Shown: in pieces, positions 18,429 through 29,294 of the stretch | Layout of the letters: every line of letters starts with the position of its first letter | How positions within the stretch are numbered: position 1 is the stretch's first letter | Assembly: GCA_048882325.1 (NCBI GenBank) | Contig: JBHLRS010000013.1 | Span: forward strand, 25,375-89,374 | Origin: Candidatus Thorarchaeota archaeon | Lineage (GTDB): Archaea; Asgardarchaeota; Thorarchaeia; Thorarchaeales; Thorarchaeaceae | DNA: 64,000 bases | Direction of reading: 5' to 3' | Notes under the pieces: generated by a model | What the model was told of the DNA's origin: nothing | The model's input: only the letters and a program-made list of their open reading frames with translations | The model's database searches: none | Program-made: the position numbers and the translations under genes

Positions 18429-19580
18429 TCAGATTTCGGTGAAACTCTTAACGGTTGACTCATCCAGTCTTTGCAGAACTTCTACGAGGAGCTGGACAGC
18501 TGCCTCTACATCGCCAAGGTCAAGCATCCCATTGTGAGAGTGAATATATCGAGTGGGAATTCCAAGGTACAGTGATGGTGCACCCATACCAGCAAGATGG
18601 ATCTGACCAGCATCAGTTCCACCAAGCATTAGAAGCGAGTATTGATGCTGAATTTTCTTCTCTTCTGCGACCCTCAGGACAAACCTACGTAGCTTTGGGT
18701 TTGGTATCATTGACGCGTCTCCACCTGAGATTGCCACTCCTTTACCCATCTTTTGAGCTAGTTGGTCGGCACCAGGTGAATCACCAGATATGTCAACATC
18801 CACAGCAAATCCAATGTCTGGCAGAACCGTCTGAGCAGAGGTCTTTGCACCGCGTAGTCCAACCTCCTCCTGGACTGTAGACACAAAATAGACTGTGTTT
18901 GGTAGTGAGATGTTCTTTTCGGATATCCTCCGAAGTACTTCAAGAACAACAAAGACACCAATTCTGTCGTCAAAAGCCTTAGCAATTGCTAGGGTGACCT
19001 CCCGCTCCTTCTCCTTCGCATCTTTGTCATCCTCGTCTTTCTTCTCTTTTCGAGTTCTCTTAATAGTGCGAAAGTCTGAACGTGGAACTGCAGGGTCACC
19101 AACTCGTATTCCAAGTTTTTTGACTTCCTCAGCAGATGAACATCCGATGTCGATGTACATCTTCTCTTTAGTAACGACCTTACTCCGCATCTCAGGGGTT
19201 AGTAAATGGGGAGGTGGTGCACCGATAACACCGATGATCTTCTCATCGCCCTCAGAAGGTCGGATGACGACCTCTTGTGTTAGAAGAGTTTGGTCCCACC
19301 AACCGCCTAGCTGATGAAATGTGAGGTACCCATACTTCTTGATGTTGGTGATGATGAATCCGATCTCATCAACATGCCCTGCTATCATTACTTTAGGTCC
19401 ACCATCGCCTTTCTTGAAGATGAGCGATCCTATGCCATCTTGGAGTACTTCGACACCGTACTTCTTAGCGTACTCAAGTGCTACTTTCTGAGCCTCCTCC
19501 TCATGACCACTTGGTCCGAATGCATTACAAAGGTCTTCAAGTAGCTTCAAATCAAGATTCAATTCAGTCATGAAACTCAC
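18429..19580 (-). CDS. M42 family aminopeptidase (TET-like)
   Basis: PSGHE, HVDEIG, KAFDDRIG, QEEVGLRGA, RYIHS. Confidence 0.93.
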   Translation of the reverse strand: MSFMTELNLDLKLLEDLCNAFGPSGHEEEAQKVALEYAKKYGVEVLQDGIGSLIFKKGDGGPKVMIAGHVDEIGFIITNIKKYGYLTFHQLGGWWDQTLLTQEVVIRPSEGDEKIIGVIGAPPPHLLTPEMRSKVVTKEKMYIDIGCSSAEEVKKLGIRVGDPAVPRSDFRTIKRTRKEKKDEDDKDAKEKEREVTLAIAKAFDDRIGVFVVLEVLRRISEKNISLPNTVYFVSTVQEEVGLRGAKTSAQTVLPDIGFAVDVDISGDSPGADQLAQKMGKGVAISGGDASMIPNPKLRRFVLRVAEEKKIQHQYSLLMLGGTDAGQIHLAGMGAPSLYLGIPTRYIHSHNGMLDLGDVEAAVQLLVEVLQRLDESTVKSFTEI

Positions 19581-19660
19581 TTCATTTCCCTTGGGAACTT
19601 GTTTGGTGCGAAATATTACCCTCTTTAGTGGTTTTGGTTATAGCAGATTCTAGAATGTGA

Positions 19661-20203
19661 TTAAGAAATTGCTAGCGAATTCTTCGCAAGCATGTTGAAT
19701 GCCTCTTCGACGTTCTGACCATTCAGTGCGCTTGTTTCTAGATATCCGGTGAGATTATGCTCTCGGGTAAACTGTTCACCCATCTCACGAGTAATCACCC
19801 TATGTTCGATGAGGTCCACTTTGTTTGCTAGAAGAATAATCGGAATCCTTTCGCCTAAAGCATCTTCAGTTTCCTTAATCCACTTTGGTAGTTCTAACCA
19901 TGTACTCTTTCGGGTTGTATCGTACACAAGTAAAGCCCCTTTAGATCCTCGATAATAACTACCACGAATGAAATCGAATCTCTGCTGTCCAGCAAGGTCC
20001 CAAACCAAAAGTTTCACAACCACATTACGACCGTTCGCAGCTTCTACTTCTACCGTCTTGACTGCAAATTGTGAACCAATGGTCACGATATACTCTTCAG
20101 AGAACTTGTGTGTGAGAAATCTGTTGACTAGGGCAGTCTTTCCACTACCGCCAGCGCCAATCATGACGACCTTACGCATGTAGTCAAAGCCACCGCTACT
20201 CAA
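19661..20203 (-). CDS. Rab-like small GTPase
   Basis: GAGGSGKT, TIG, WDLAGQQRF, YYRG, NKVDL, ETSA. Confidence 0.93.
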   Translation of the reverse strand: MSSGGFDYMRKVVMIGAGGSGKTALVNRFLTHKFSEEYIVTIGSQFAVKTVEVEAANGRNVVVKLLVWDLAGQQRFDFIRGSYYRGSKGALLVYDTTRKSTWLELPKWIKETEDALGERIPIILLANKVDLIEHRVITREMGEQFTREHNLTGYLETSALNGQNVEEAFNMLAKNSLAIS

Positions 20204-20434
20204 GTACTCACCTTTCTGCTCAATTATCGGGACTCACATAGGTGTGTCTAAAGCTTCCACCCGCAGGATTCCTCATGCGAAGTTAGTTTCACCATATTTA
20301 GCCTTTTATGGGTCGAATGTCCACGAGTGAAAGTCTCACTCGTCGTTTCATTAAAGATGGCGCGAAGCACTTCTGGTTTGGTATCGACTTATATCCGGTA
20401 ATACCCGGTTAACACCTGACGCGAGGGATCACGT

Positions 20435-20611
20435 GTGCAACTTGTGACCGTAAAAATGAGCGATATTTATGTGAAGGGACTTGACAAGTTAGTGGACATC
20501 GGTATGTACCCGTCCAGAAGCGAGGCTATCAGAGTAGCAATCAGAGATCTACTGCGGAGAGAGTTGTGGCCAGCAGATGGAAGTCCCATCAACATGGATG
20601 AGAGCAAATAA
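20435..20611 (+). CDS. Ribbon-helix-helix protein, CdrS/CopG-like (58 aa)
   Basis: Below the ORF-track size cutoff. GTG start; MQLVTVKMSDIYVKGLDKLVDIGMYPSRSEAIRVAIRDLLRRELW... Confidence 0.88.
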   Translation: MQLVTVKMSDIYVKGLDKLVDIGMYPSRSEAIRVAIRDLLRRELWPADGSPINMDESK

Positions 20612-20680
20612 CACGGAATTTGTGCCCACAAGACACATTAAGCCTATTGAGATGAGTGAGTCGTTACTTGCGTCTACAGC

Positions 20681-21208
20681 ATGGAGGACAAGTGTTTGAA
20701 CTTCAGGGTATTCTTCAAGAGTGTCAAATTCGCATATCGAGCTAGGATTCGAGTTTTGGCATTCATTTTGATTTACGCAATATTGTACATAATTGTAGCA
20801 AAAGGTCTGACGAACAATCCAGGAGATTTGTCGTATGTAGGTCTTGCCTTCATCGTGGCAACAATATACGCAATTTTGGTTTCACAATTCAGAAGACGAG
20901 ACATTTCTATCTTCAAATGTATCGGATGGGATAATTCGAATGTTATGCTTTTAGTGATGGGAGAAGTCATTCTTGTTTCATTCACTGCTTTTCTCCTAGT
21001 CTTCCAAGTGAGTGTGGAGATTCTTGGTCTATTTGCGTATTTCCTGGGAGTCACAGAAGTCACTGGATTGTGGGATCTTGTATATGTTGATTTGATATCC
21101 ATGTTTGTAACACTGTTCTGGATAATCATCGCGCAGATACCAGGACTTCTATTGTCCATGTGGAGAGCAACTCAAGTCCCACCAATGAGGGCACTTAGGG
21201 AGGAATGA
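20681..21208 (+). CDS. Minimal FtsX/MacB-like ABC permease
   Basis: RRRDISIFKCIGW and PPMRALREE motifs; 4 TM segments. Confidence 0.8.
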   Translation: MEDKCLNFRVFFKSVKFAYRARIRVLAFILIYAILYIIVAKGLTNNPGDLSYVGLAFIVATIYAILVSQFRRRDISIFKCIGWDNSNVMLLVMGEVILVSFTAFLLVFQVSVEILGLFAYFLGVTEVTGLWDLVYVDLISMFVTLFWIIIAQIPGLLLSMWRATQVPPMRALREE

Positions 21209-21211
21209 GAT

Positions 21212-21889
21212 ATGGTTGGACCAATAATTCAACTCGAAGATGTCAATAAAGAATTTGGCAAGGGAAAGAACACCGTAGCAGCGCTGAAAGATGTTGATTT
21301 GCAGATTGAAGCTGGTGACTTTGTGGCCGTACTAGGTCCCAGTGGTTGTGGAAAGTCAACACTGCTCCACGTGATGTCAGGTCTTGAAGCACCATCATCT
21401 GGTAGAGTCCTTGTGGATGCGGTTGATGTCACATTGATAAGCGAACGGGATATGCCTAAGGTTCGAGCGCAGAAGATTGGCTTTGTGTTTCAGTCATTCT
21501 TGCTTGTTGACCATCTGACAGCATATGAGAACATCGAATCTGTTCTCTGGCCTAGAAATGATATAACTAAGACAGAACAAGAGGAAAGAACTCTAGCAGT
21601 CCTCCGTGAAGTTGATATGCTCGAGAGGAGAGACCACTTTCCAAAACAGCTGTCTGGTGGGGAACAACAGAGAGTAGCTATTGGTAGAGCACTTGTGAAC
21701 AATCCACCGATCCTATTTTGTGATGAACCCACCGGGAACCTCGACTCGAGAACAGGTGAGAATATTCTCAAGATCATCGCTCAGCTGAATCGGGAGAGGA
21801 GGATGACTGTTGTTCTTGTGACGCACAACCATGACATTGCCAAATTTGCTAAGAGAACGCTCAATATGAAAGATGGTGTCATCAGATAG
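21212..21889 (+). CDS. ABC transporter ATP-binding protein (LolD/MacB type)
   Basis: [27 protein letters not shown]. Confidence 0.95.
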   Translation: MVGPIIQLEDVNKEFGKGKNTVAALKDVDLQIEAGDFVAVLGPSGCGKSTLLHVMSGLEAPSSGRVLVDAVDVTLISERDMPKVRAQKIGFVFQSFLLVDHLTAYENIESVLWPRNDITKTEQEERTLAVLREVDMLERRDHFPKQLSGGEQQRVAIGRALVNNPPILFCDEPTGNLDSRTGENILKIIAQLNRERRMTVVLVTHNHDIAKFAKRTLNMKDGVIR

Positions 21890-21912
21890 TCACTTACCAG
21901 AATCACGGGGTC

Positions 21913-22755
21913 TTGATATTCATGGGTCAGTCAGAGTGCCAAAAATTGGAGGAACTGGCTGAGGAAAAAGCGGACTCTGGAAAGAACAAGGAGGCAATGA
22001 CTCTCTTTCGGAAAGCAGGGGACTGTTGGAAGAACTGGGAGTCATACTCAAAATCTGCACAATCGTATGAGCGTGCGTATGAACATGGTATGCTAGCTCA
22101 GAATTATTGGGATGCTGCCCTTGTGATGAAGAAAGCTGGTGCTTCGTGGATAAAGCATGGCGAACATGAAAAGTTCGAGATTGACTGTCAGATTGCGGCA
22201 CAGGCATATGTGTCTGCGGCTGAGGAGAAGAAAGATCCATATCTCCTTCTTGATGGAGCTTTCTGTGCCATCACAGGAGGAGACCTTGAGCTATCTAGAC
22301 AATTGATTGATGCAGTTATTCAAATCACAAAAGGAGAAGTCACAGGCTTTATCGACCTCGCCCTGATGCTTACTGAGTATCGTTTCGGTGATGCAAACAA
22401 GTTAATGGAAACAGTCTTAGCTGCTGAAATTGATAGAACTGAACTCAATAAACTCAGACAGTCTTTTGAGCTGGTTCTTGCGGGCTTTATCCGGACCTCA
22501 CTTGAGTCTGAAGCAGCAGTAACGCTTGCAAGTCTTGAAGAGAGCACAGGTCTGGAAAAAAACCAACTGAAGAGGTTGATTGTTAGGTTAATCGAAAATG
22601 GGTACATTCCTGCCTATCTTGACGAAATTTCTGAAGAGCTAGTTGTTGACGCTGATAGATTCGATGTTTCATCACTGGAAACGAGGAAGAGACCCATTCT
22701 AAGTAGGGATCTAGAGGACCCTGGTGCTTGGGACATTGACCTTGATGAGGAGTGA
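21913..22755 (+). CDS. alpha-SNAP/TPR-like solenoid with C-terminal PCI-like winged helix
   Basis: Helical repeats KAGDCW/KAGASW; C-terminal VTLASLEE...[19 protein letters not shown] resembles PCI. Confidence 0.6.
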   Translation: MIFMGQSECQKLEELAEEKADSGKNKEAMTLFRKAGDCWKNWESYSKSAQSYERAYEHGMLAQNYWDAALVMKKAGASWIKHGEHEKFEIDCQIAAQAYVSAAEEKKDPYLLLDGAFCAITGGDLELSRQLIDAVIQITKGEVTGFIDLALMLTEYRFGDANKLMETVLAAEIDRTELNKLRQSFELVLAGFIRTSLESEAAVTLASLEESTGLEKNQLKRLIVRLIENGYIPAYLDEISEELVVDADRFDVSSLETRKRPILSRDLEDPGAWDIDLDEE

Positions 22756-22859
22756 TTGAGTGGATTTGCTGACTCTTTATAGGGCCCCTAGAAAACGTTT
22801 TTAGTACCATTGCTGACACTCACAATTGCCTGCTCACTTATTGATAGGTGATAGTACAA

Positions 22860-23075
22860 ATGGCTGAAGGGCTGAAATGGATGCAGTGTCCTGTTTGTAA
22901 GGAATCAATCTACTGGGAGGTTCCTAAGGACAGTTTGAAGAATGTCAAGCGGTTTCCAGCCCCTGTCGTTGTCAAGCATAAAGACCACTATCTTATCTGC
23001 TACTTGGATAGCCATCAACAACTGGCTGATACCGAAATTGGAATTGCCTGTGTTGATGGTAAGGAGAAGAAGTGA
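22860..23075 (+). CDS. Small putative Zn-binding protein
   Basis: CPVC...HKDH pattern; GGTGA RBS before ATG 22860. Confidence 0.7.
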   Translation: MAEGLKWMQCPVCKESIYWEVPKDSLKNVKRFPAPVVVKHKDHYLICYLDSHQQLADTEIGIACVDGKEKK

Positions 23076-23086
23076 TCCGCGTTCAT

Positions 23087-23635
23087 TCACTCAATCCCAT
23101 TGTCCATAGCCCATTCGAGGACGCGTGCGGCTTGAGCACTTGCCATACCCCACGATCGAAGATTGAGAATCAAATTTCTTATACCTGCTATCCAATCATC
23201 AAGAAGGTCCTTGATCCTCTGATGGATGACGGGATCGGTGTCTTGCTTATAGATTGGAAGAATCATATCTACCAGACTCTGGGAGAGAACCAATATGGTT
23301 TCCAAACGAGCAATCCATTCCTCTCTGGGCAGACCAGACAAGGTCTGAGCTACTGCAAGATGGTAGTCATATTGGGCGGTGAAATATCTAAGACGCCAGC
23401 TTAGTACTTCTACAAGTAGTGTCTTATGAGCTGTACTTGGAGCTGTCTTGATAAGCAAACTTAGGAACCGTTGGGTCATCTCGTCAGCTGATTGGCTTGC
23501 GTCATAATACAGCGCCATAGCTTGCTGATATTCCTCGTTAGTTAGACATTCGTTAGCGCGGCCAACTGCGTGCTTGAAGCGGTCAAGCAGTGCCTTTGTG
23601 GTTGCGCCTTCAACGTCTTCCAACTGGATATTCAC
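23087..23635 (-). CDS. Hypothetical all-helical protein
   Basis: 182-aa ORF with amphipathic helices; codirectional with upstream genes. Confidence 0.7.
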   Translation of the reverse strand: MNIQLEDVEGATTKALLDRFKHAVGRANECLTNEEYQQAMALYYDASQSADEMTQRFLSLLIKTAPSTAHKTLLVEVLSWRLRYFTAQYDYHLAVAQTLSGLPREEWIARLETILVLSQSLVDMILPIYKQDTDPVIHQRIKDLLDDWIAGIRNLILNLRSWGMASAQAARVLEWAMDNGIE

Positions 23636-23744
23636 CTTGTCATTTTTCCGATTCTGTTGACCTGAGGTATATGTAATGGAGGGCCCTCTTGGTCTTTCCG
23701 ACGGACGAGATTGCCTATAATTCTAATAAGATGTTTTGCTGTTT

Positions 23745-24734
23745 CTACTCAAGGTCAGAGATAGGTGGTGGATGTTTCAATTTGAACTCTTCTGATGCAT
23801 GAGTCCAGCTAATGAAATCTTCACTGGGAGGGTCAGTTACATAACGCTTTTCGCGCTCAGCCTCAAGCATTGATCTTTCCACACCTAGGAGGTCAGCCAT
23901 AGTCAGCACCTGATTTCCAGAGTTCTTCGCGGTACTTAGCACAGGTGACAGCCACTCTTTCCAATTCTTACCTCTCATAAGATGATGGTCAACCACAAGA
24001 GTAGGAACCGATGACGCAAGAACTATCAATGATCTCTGAGCAGCCTCTCTCTCGTCATCAGTGAACTTTGATAGATAGATAGGAGGACCACCAACTATCA
24101 ACAAGTCAGGTGCAATCGACAGGATGTATTGAAGAGTTTCTTGGACAACAGGTCCCTGAATGTCAGGTGCGAATAAGAAACGATTTTCTGAGTACTCGAC
24201 AAGCGTTGCTAACACATAGCCTAGAAATGAATTTTCTGGACCATGAGGAAGTGGTTGTGAATAGGTGACGAAAGTATCCCCGAATTTGAACTTTCGATCA
24301 TCAGCCCATTCTATCTTTGAAACAACATCGCCAATGTCTTTCTCGAAGTAAAAACCACGTCGTCTCTGGGAAGGATTGATTTTCGCACGGTTATCTTTAC
24401 TCAAAACCACCTTATCTGCAAACATATCTCTACGTTCTTCCTTCGAACTTAGATTGTAGAGTTTATTATCAAAGCCTGGTCTGACATGATCGTAATGATA
24501 ATGTGAGATTGAGAGTACGTTCGAATTTGCAGCAGCCATGTTGATCTTGTCAAGTGAAGTTTTCAAAGCCTGATATTCTGTAGGATGCGGTTCTAAACCA
24601 TATCGCTTTGCCAATGCAGCAGATGGATCAAATAAGATGCTTAGGTCAGGAGTGATAACGTGAGTGCAGAGGGACCTCGTACCAAGACTTTCTGCAGCCA
24701 ATGGGATGATATCAATCTCTCCTAACTTCATCAC
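23745..24734 (-). CDS. UPF0282-type MBL-fold metallo-hydrolase
   Basis: PLAAESLGTRS, SHYHYDH, DHHLMR. Confidence 0.85.
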   Translation of the reverse strand: MMKLGEIDIIPLAAESLGTRSLCTHVITPDLSILFDPSAALAKRYGLEPHPTEYQALKTSLDKINMAAANSNVLSISHYHYDHVRPGFDNKLYNLSSKEERRDMFADKVVLSKDNRAKINPSQRRRGFYFEKDIGDVVSKIEWADDRKFKFGDTFVTYSQPLPHGPENSFLGYVLATLVEYSENRFLFAPDIQGPVVQETLQYILSIAPDLLIVGGPPIYLSKFTDDEREAAQRSLIVLASSVPTLVVDHHLMRGKNWKEWLSPVLSTAKNSGNQVLTMADLLGVERSMLEAEREKRYVTDPPSEDFISWTHASEEFKLKHPPPISDLE

Positions 24735-25218
24735 CAGACTTCCTGTAATAGATTAGATGATACCCATCTTCATCATGCTTCAGCTCAGCCTCATAGGGTG
24801 TTAAAGATGGCTCATTCTGAAAACAATGGAACATCTCAAAGTCAGAGGGAAGAAACCGCCCTTTTGCAGATTCAATCTCGTCCTCAGTGAATAGTGCGAG
24901 ATCCCCTTCCCGATGATTCTTAGTAAATGATGCAATTTCTGCATAACCAACAAAAATGAGAAAGTGAGAAGATAGTGATTCATCGGATTCGACAAGCCTC
25001 TCAGAAACAAGTCCGCGATATTCATAGTTATTGACCTTGAATGCACCAGTTTCTTCCCTAACCTCTCTTGTGGCAGCAGCCCGTATATGTTCCCCTAGTC
25101 CAACCTTGCCTCCTACCAAACTCCAAAGATTCTCATACGGTGGATTTCGCCTCTGTAGGAACAAATAACGTTCACCAACACGGAGTATGGTGATTGCAAT
25201 TGGTACTAGTTTAGTCAT
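24712..25218 (-). CDS. NUDIX hydrolase
   Basis: GGKVGLGEHIRAAATREVREETG Nudix box. Confidence 0.92.
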   Translation of the reverse strand: MTKLVPIAITILRVGERYLFLQRRNPPYENLWSLVGGKVGLGEHIRAAATREVREETGAFKVNNYEYRGLVSERLVESDESLSSHFLIFVGYAEIASFTKNHREGDLALFTEDEIESAKGRFLPSDFEMFHCFQNEPSLTPYEAELKHDEDGYHLIYYRKSGDEVRRD

Positions 25219-25336
25219 GTATTAATCCACCGATACTGGAGATGATGAAGCCACTCCTTTAAAGCTAGAGGCTGTCCTATCCTCTTGAAGCTAAAATTCA
25301 TAGCAAGCAAAAAACCACATAGGAGTAGGTCTGAAA

Positions 25337-26824
25337 TTGGAACAACTGTTAACCGATGATGTAAGGAGAAGAATTCTAGCAGAGATAACCCCAACTCGGA
25401 AAGAGCTAGACCTACAGAACACTGTAATTCAGACACTAATAGATGCACTAGCAAATCATACCGGTTCACAGCAGTTTTCATACTCGTTCATTGAGGCACA
25501 AGGTTCTACAGGAAAGAAGCAGACTCAACTTCGAGGCGCTGCTGATATAGACCTGTTTGTGGGACTTATTCCCGATGAATACGGTAATATTCTAGAACAA
25601 CCGTTACCGAAGAGACACAAGGCCATTGACGATTTGATGAACTGGATGATCAAGAATTGGTTTGAACCTGCGGTTGATAGGTTAAACGTGGTTAACGTTC
25701 AGCGAGCTTTCTCACAACACCCATTCTTGTCACTAAGGATGAACGGATTGGAGATAGATATTCTAGGATGTTTCGACATTAGTGCGGACCATCTTTCAAG
25801 AGAAGGACCATATACTGCAGTCGACAGAACTGTTCATCATACGCGTTACATTGCAGAAGCTATCACACGGGTAAAGAGAGAAGATGCCAGGATACTGAAG
25901 TCATTTGTGAGAGCGAGTCATGCGTATGGTGACCAGTGTGCTGTTGGGAGAATGGGGATAACAGGAGTTTCACTCGAGATATTATCTATTATCTCAGACG
26001 ACCTCACCCATGCGTTTGAGAACCTAGAACTACTAATTGACAGACCAATAGACCCCCAATATCGTCCTGTCAAAACTTTACGCAACAACTCGACATTCAA
26101 GGATGACTACATCATCCTTATTGATCCAACAGACCACAAACGAAATATCGCATCAAGTTTCACACCCAGAGCATATGAATGGGTGAGGCATCGGATATGC
26201 AACCTCCGGGATGCGACCAACCTAAATGACATCGATGAAGTGTTGAACATCATACTTGAGAGTCCGATCCCAACGACTGATATTCCTCGGTGGTTAGCTA
26301 GACATGCATTTGTTTTTGAGTTCAGATCGGATGGAACCAGACACTACACAATATTGCGAGACAAGCTCTACCGAATTGCAAGAAAGATTGAGATTGCTCT
26401 TCAATCTGAAAGAACAGGAGAAGTCAGGTTTGGAGATACTCTTTCAGAAGTGTACTTTGAGGACAACAGGTATTCGGTAGGGTTCTTGGTTGAAACACCA
26501 GAGATTTCTGACCATTATGTTAGACGGGGGCCTCCAGTGGCTTTGGTTGATGCATGTGTCGAGTTCAGAAATAACCATCAAGAGGTTGTGGAACGGGATG
26601 GTTTTTTGTGGACAACTGAAAGGAGAGCATGGGTAAATCCAAAGAGTCTCATAGACCAAGTCTTGGAGGATAGCCCAGTTATGGGATTGGTTCCGATTGA
26701 AAAACCCAGTGAGGTTTCGAAGAAGGTACTGAATGTGTTATATAGATACATTCTCCCAATTGAACAAGCATTCTCCGAAAAAATGACAAGAGTTAAGGAC
26801 AGAGACCCTGACAATCCGCGGTGA
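25337..26824 (+). CDS. cca: CCA-adding enzyme (class I tRNA nucleotidyltransferase)
   Basis: GSTGKKQTQLRGAADIDLF, HPF, AVDRTVHHT, IDPTDHKRNIA. Confidence 0.9.
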   Translation: MEQLLTDDVRRRILAEITPTRKELDLQNTVIQTLIDALANHTGSQQFSYSFIEAQGSTGKKQTQLRGAADIDLFVGLIPDEYGNILEQPLPKRHKAIDDLMNWMIKNWFEPAVDRLNVVNVQRAFSQHPFLSLRMNGLEIDILGCFDISADHLSREGPYTAVDRTVHHTRYIAEAITRVKREDARILKSFVRASHAYGDQCAVGRMGITGVSLEILSIISDDLTHAFENLELLIDRPIDPQYRPVKTLRNNSTFKDDYIILIDPTDHKRNIASSFTPRAYEWVRHRICNLRDATNLNDIDEVLNIILESPIPTTDIPRWLARHAFVFEFRSDGTRHYTILRDKLYRIARKIEIALQSERTGEVRFGDTLSEVYFEDNRYSVGFLVETPEISDHYVRRGPPVALVDACVEFRNNHQEVVERDGFLWTTERRAWVNPKSLIDQVLEDSPVMGLVPIEKPSEVSKKVLNVLYRYILPIEQAFSEKMTRVKDRDPDNPR

Positions 26825-26830
26825 AACATC

Positions 26831-27904
26831 GTGTCAGAGGATAGATTTGCTTTCATCTCACACCCGAAATCCAGCCTACATAGGATGCCCTTTCCAAAGC
26901 CACACATTGAAGCCTTTGAAAATCCTCTAAGGACTCAGATTACAGAGAGATATCTCGACAAGGAGGGTGTGCTCGAAACAGCTATCAGAATCAAGGCACC
27001 CAGAGCAAAACTGAATGACATACGTTTGGTTCATTCAGCGTATCTAGTCGAAACTGTCGAGATGATGTCAGAGATTGGCAATGGCCAACTTGGGGAGTCG
27101 TCGTATGCAAGTCCGGATCTTCTCAGAACTGCCCTCCTCTCAGTTGGAGGTGCATTGAAAGGTGCTGAGATGGTTGTTTCTGGAGAAGTCAAACATGCAT
27201 TCTCCTTGATGAGACCTCCAGGACATCATGCTACTTCCTCGAATCCAATGGGATTGTGCTATTTCAACAATGTAGCAATTGCAACTCGAAAAATAATGGA
27301 GCACGATGATGTTAGCAAGGTTTCAATCATTGATTTTGATGATCATCATGGAAATGGCACTTCAGAAATATTCTACGAGGATAGAAATGTACAGATGATT
27401 TCTGTTCATGAGTATGACTATGAGAACTTTGGTCTGGGAAATTTTCAGGAACTTGGCTTTAGCGATGCAAAGGGAACGAATATCAACATACCTCTACTGG
27501 AAACCTCACCGAATGTTTCATATGAAACAGCTATTGATAGAGTGATAGAACCTGCACTCAAGAGATTCAAACCAGATGTCATAATGGTTTCCGCAGGTTA
27601 TGATGCTCATTATGCAGACCCTGTGGGAAACATGGATGCAGATTCAGAGATTTTCTGGCGTTTCGGTGAGTTCATTCGAGAGATGGTAGATGCCACGAAG
27701 GCAATGGGATCAGTATGGGTTCTTGAAGGGGGATACAATCCGTTTGCATTGAGTTATTCTGTCAGAGCAAGCCTTGAGGGGCTATTAGGAAATACTCTTC
27801 CAGAACTTGATGACCAGATAGAGAGGGAAGTGTATCAGCAAATAATTGATGCAAATGATGAAATTGTGGACAAGGTTCTGGACACTTTAGAGCCTCACTG
27901 GTAA
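26831..27904 (+). CDS. Histone deacetylase family (Zn-dependent) amidohydrolase
   Basis: RPPGHHA, DFDDHHGNGT, SAGYDAH, LEGGY. Confidence 0.93.
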   Translation: MSEDRFAFISHPKSSLHRMPFPKPHIEAFENPLRTQITERYLDKEGVLETAIRIKAPRAKLNDIRLVHSAYLVETVEMMSEIGNGQLGESSYASPDLLRTALLSVGGALKGAEMVVSGEVKHAFSLMRPPGHHATSSNPMGLCYFNNVAIATRKIMEHDDVSKVSIIDFDDHHGNGTSEIFYEDRNVQMISVHEYDYENFGLGNFQELGFSDAKGTNINIPLLETSPNVSYETAIDRVIEPALKRFKPDVIMVSAGYDAHYADPVGNMDADSEIFWRFGEFIREMVDATKAMGSVWVLEGGYNPFALSYSVRASLEGLLGNTLPELDDQIEREVYQQIIDANDEIVDKVLDTLEPHW

Positions 27905-27996
27905 GGTGGTAACTCATTATTCGGGGTGGTGGCATGAACAAGATTTTAAGGCCACCCGAGTTGCAGGCGCACAATCAGTCATGGTGGAACTGAAAA

Positions 27997-28293
27997 TTGG
28001 GTAAGAAAAGAAAATCTGGTGGCAGAAGCAAAGGCAGTTCAGGCAAGAGCGGAACTGTTCAATGCTCGAAATGCGGACGCATTGTGCCAGCTGACAAGGC
28101 AAAGAAATACACGAAGAGAGTATCAGCTGTTGATCCTCAGCTTGCAAGAGAGCTTAGGCAGCAGGGTAGCTTTATCCAGACCAGAAAAGTGACTTCATAC
28201 TATTGTGTGAGCTGTGCAGTCCACGCTGGAAGGGTCCAGATAAGACAAGCTACAGAGAGAAAGACCGTACCCGGTCGTCAGCGTCGATATTAA
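27997..28293 (+). CDS. rps26e: 30S ribosomal protein S26e
   Basis: KKRKSGGRSKG, CSKCGRIVPADKA, YCVSCAVH. Confidence 0.95.
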   Translation: MGKKRKSGGRSKGSSGKSGTVQCSKCGRIVPADKAKKYTKRVSAVDPQLARELRQQGSFIQTRKVTSYYCVSCAVHAGRVQIRQATERKTVPGRQRRY

Positions 28294-28365
28294 ACTCATC
28301 ATGAACGCTCTTCATGGCAAACCAACTGACTCATTCGACGAGTAGCATTATAGCTGGTATGCCAA

Positions 28366-28953
28366 ATGCCAGAGTCCACCATGCTCAGATTCGTGCAGAT
28401 TTTGCCGCATGTTTCCCCAGAAGGGGACTTTCTTTTGAGAGACCTACCGGGATCTGGCAAACGGATAGACGTGCTCTGTCGTGACCTCGAAGCTTGTTTT
28501 GATTGGGGACCAGTCACTTGGTCCACATCACATCTCGAAGTAATTGCCATAATAGGGAATCGTAGAATTCTAACATTTCATTATCCTAAGAGCAAACTCC
28601 CAACTGGAGAGTTCGAGTGGGCAGATCTAATTCGAGCCTCGTTGCAAGGACACCCTCCTGATTTCATTGATGTGTCTGATGGATCATTGGAGGACCTCAT
28701 CAAGATGCTTTTGGACACAACATCAACCTCACTGTGGGTTCTTGATGAAGAAGGAATCAATCTATCCGAAACTTTGATTCATCCAAATTCTCAGAACAGT
28801 TTTATGCTTGGCGACCATAGAGGATTTGATTCTCAAACAGAGAAGGTCATTTCTCAGTACAACATACCAACAATATCACTTGGGGGGAAGAGTTATCTTA
28901 GCAGTCATTGTTTAGCTGCAATAATCTCGGAGTTAGAAAGGATGGTCAGCTAA
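28366..28953 (+). CDS. trmY: tRNA (pseudouridine54-N1)-methyltransferase, SPOUT family
   Basis: DLPGSGKRIDVLCR, FMLGDHRG, ISLG..YLSSHC. Confidence 0.85.
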   Translation: MPESTMLRFVQILPHVSPEGDFLLRDLPGSGKRIDVLCRDLEACFDWGPVTWSTSHLEVIAIIGNRRILTFHYPKSKLPTGEFEWADLIRASLQGHPPDFIDVSDGSLEDLIKMLLDTTSTSLWVLDEEGINLSETLIHPNSQNSFMLGDHRGFDSQTEKVISQYNIPTISLGGKSYLSSHCLAAIISELERMVS

Positions 28954-29294
28954 TGCCAGACGACGACCAAAAACCCAAAGCCATGACAAGACTTGTGAAT
29001 AAACTGACCAAAGAGATGCTTTGGATGTACATTCTTCGTTTATTGCAAGAACGCCCTCACTACGGATATGAGATTAAGGAACTGATAACCGAACGATTTG
29101 GGTTCTCTCCAGCAACTGTTAGCGGATATGCGATAATCTATCGCTTGACAAAGGACGGTCTTATTGAGGCGCAGAGGAAGGACGATTCTCCAAGGAAATA
29201 CTATGCAATAACAGAGAAGGGCAGTAGGGCAATGACTGAGGCAAAGGCATTCCTCAGAAAAACAGTGGATATGGTGTTTGACCAGACGGACTAG
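28953..29294 (+). CDS. PadR family transcriptional regulator
   Basis: YGYEI, RKYYAITEKG; ATG overlaps the trmY stop. Confidence 0.9.
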   Translation: MPDDDQKPKAMTRLVNKLTKEMLWMYILRLLQERPHYGYEIKELITERFGFSPATVSGYAIIYRLTKDGLIEAQRKDDSPRKYYAITEKGSRAMTEAKAFLRKTVDMVFDQTD

